This document shows, one piece after another, positions 62,401-64,000 of a stretch of 64,000 nucleotides of DNA. The first letter of the stretch is position 1. Each line of letters begins with the position of its first letter. The stretch is from Adineta vaga (lineage: Eukaryota > Animalia > Rotifera): assembly GCA_021613535.1 (NCBI GenBank), contig CP075496.1, positions 9,114,001-9,178,000 of the forward strand, read 5' to 3'. The position numbers and the translations under genes were made by a program. The notes below the pieces were generated by a model, which did not search any database, was not told the DNA's origin, and was given only the letters and a program-made list of their open reading frames with translations.

Positions 62401-64000
62401 TTCTTTATAGACTTGATTTTTTCTTCAATGCCATTGATATTTTAGCAACAATCTTTATAGAATAAAAATACCTAAGGTTGCGTTCGTTTTGTCTTGTTAA
62501 TTATCGACATAAAATCTAAAAAAATATACATTCAGTTTTTCTCATTATATGCAGATCTTATCACTTAAAATTGATAATACTCTGGTTTTGAATGACATGA
62601 TAATTATTTTTTGTCACATTTCTACAACTAATAGAATTTAATAGTAGGTTCTAATTGAAGAAAAATGAAGACTTCCGTGGAAGATTCATCTGCTTTTTAC
62701 ACCATTATGATATATGTTTTAGAGTGTTGTGTTGTATAGGTTATTACAGTTTTGATATTATTCCATCTGTTAAGTTCTCACATTTACTTAGTAGAGATCG
62801 ATCAAGCAATCGTTCTTTTTCTTTATGGATACAGTCATAGGCATTACATAAGGTCTAATAAAACCGATGGCAGAAAATGATTAGTTTCTTTTGACAAACT
62901 CTCTTCAGTCATTCAGATTGCTGGGATTCAGTATCGATCAGATTATGATGATCGAGTAAGTCAATCGGTGAAAATAAAATGAAAGAACGAATGTACACCC
63001 GACTATTATACTGTAAAAGAAAAGAAAATCATAGTATATATGTATGCAAAGAACAAATTCTTGGTTGAATAGATACTGAAAAAAGACGGATAGTATACTA
63101 TATGCCTTAATTGAATAAAGTAATGTAAGTTTATAAAATCACTCTCTTACGCCATAGTACTACGTTTTGTTCCATAGACAGCATTGAACTATTAGTCGCA
63201 AAACTACGACATCATACGTTTTTTGTATCAGAATACCAGTTGATATTCATGTAATTCGACGAATGTTTTAAAGCATTTCAACACAAAGATACAATATAAG
63301 TGGATAGAGATACTGACTCTCTGAGATAATCATAAAATACAATATTTTAAAAGACTAGATCATTTTTTGACGATCGATAGATATGGTGATGATATATGAA
63401 AAATCTCAAAAGAAATTATTTTTTCCTGTGTTTTTTGTGGAGATAAAGAAGTTTTACATTTTGTTTGAAACAAGAATAATTCTTGATAGACGTATGAGGA
63501 TTATATTCACTATTTCAACTACTCTTTTTTTCTTTTACTTCATCGCATATCATCATGCACTTGTAATAAATACTTTATATAGTCACATTGTTTTAGGTTC
63601 TTTCAGTTACATTTCTTTTTCGCTCTTTCTTGTGTATAATCTATAGGATAGAGTTAATTTTTCTCTCATTCATGTACGATATCATACTTTCCTCAATTTT
63701 ATTTCCAAACGATTAATATGAGTAGTGTGTAAAATTCAGAAATGTTTTATTCTTATATTGTAATATTCTTCAGAAAATAATCAATCTTCTTTTCATATAC
63801 GTCTATCATCAAGATTCGATATCTTATAGAAACAAAGACGTGCGAAGAGATGAACGTTTTTTCGGAAGTTTTTCATATCTCATTAAGATCTATTATCAGT
63901 TAAAGATGAATTGTGAATAAATTAAATACTTAGATGTCTTAATTCTTTCTTATAGGTTTACTTTTAAATTGTTTAGAATAAATGAGAATCAAAATTTGTT

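Noticed and set aside
59500-64000. Several 60-90 aa ORFs in the AT-rich right end
   Set aside because: Composition fits random AT-rich frames; no motifs or convincing exon chain.

Overview
AT-rich eukaryotic genomic DNA with short (about 48-107 bp) GT-AG introns. The gene content (ART-TPR proteins, orphan class-A GPCRs, intronless LDLa-EGF-7TM giant receptors, many bacterial- or fungal-looking enzymes carrying spliceosomal introns) points to a bdelloid rotifer (inference). Left arm: carboxylesterase with one frameshift, a convergent DcsG-like ATP-grasp and class-V PLP enzyme pair, two ART-TPR genes (one frameshifted with an intact catalytic triad, one open but catalytically degenerate), two GPCRs, EMC7, a DUF4476 protein and a PRISE-type reductase. 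The centre is a ~5.2 kb inverted duplication (about 25174-30388 and 50657-55831) encoding two ~1570-aa LDLa-EGF-7TM receptors. They are almost identical except for one ~112-aa extracellular block that is only ~43% identical. The ~20 kb spacer holds an SGNH hydrolase, an alpha-arrestin, a claudin-like protein, a RidA with a signal peptide, a DUF6970 protein, two CS-alpha/beta defensin-like genes and a divergent homeobox (these three missed by the ORF track), AAA-ATPase and receptor pseudogenes, and a MITE. Right arm: WSC-GH128 beta-1,3-glucanase and a glycosyltransferase-like gene, then ~4.5 kb with no supportable gene. The window reads as a fast-turnover defence/HGT island. Family assignments come from motif recognition only; no searches were run.
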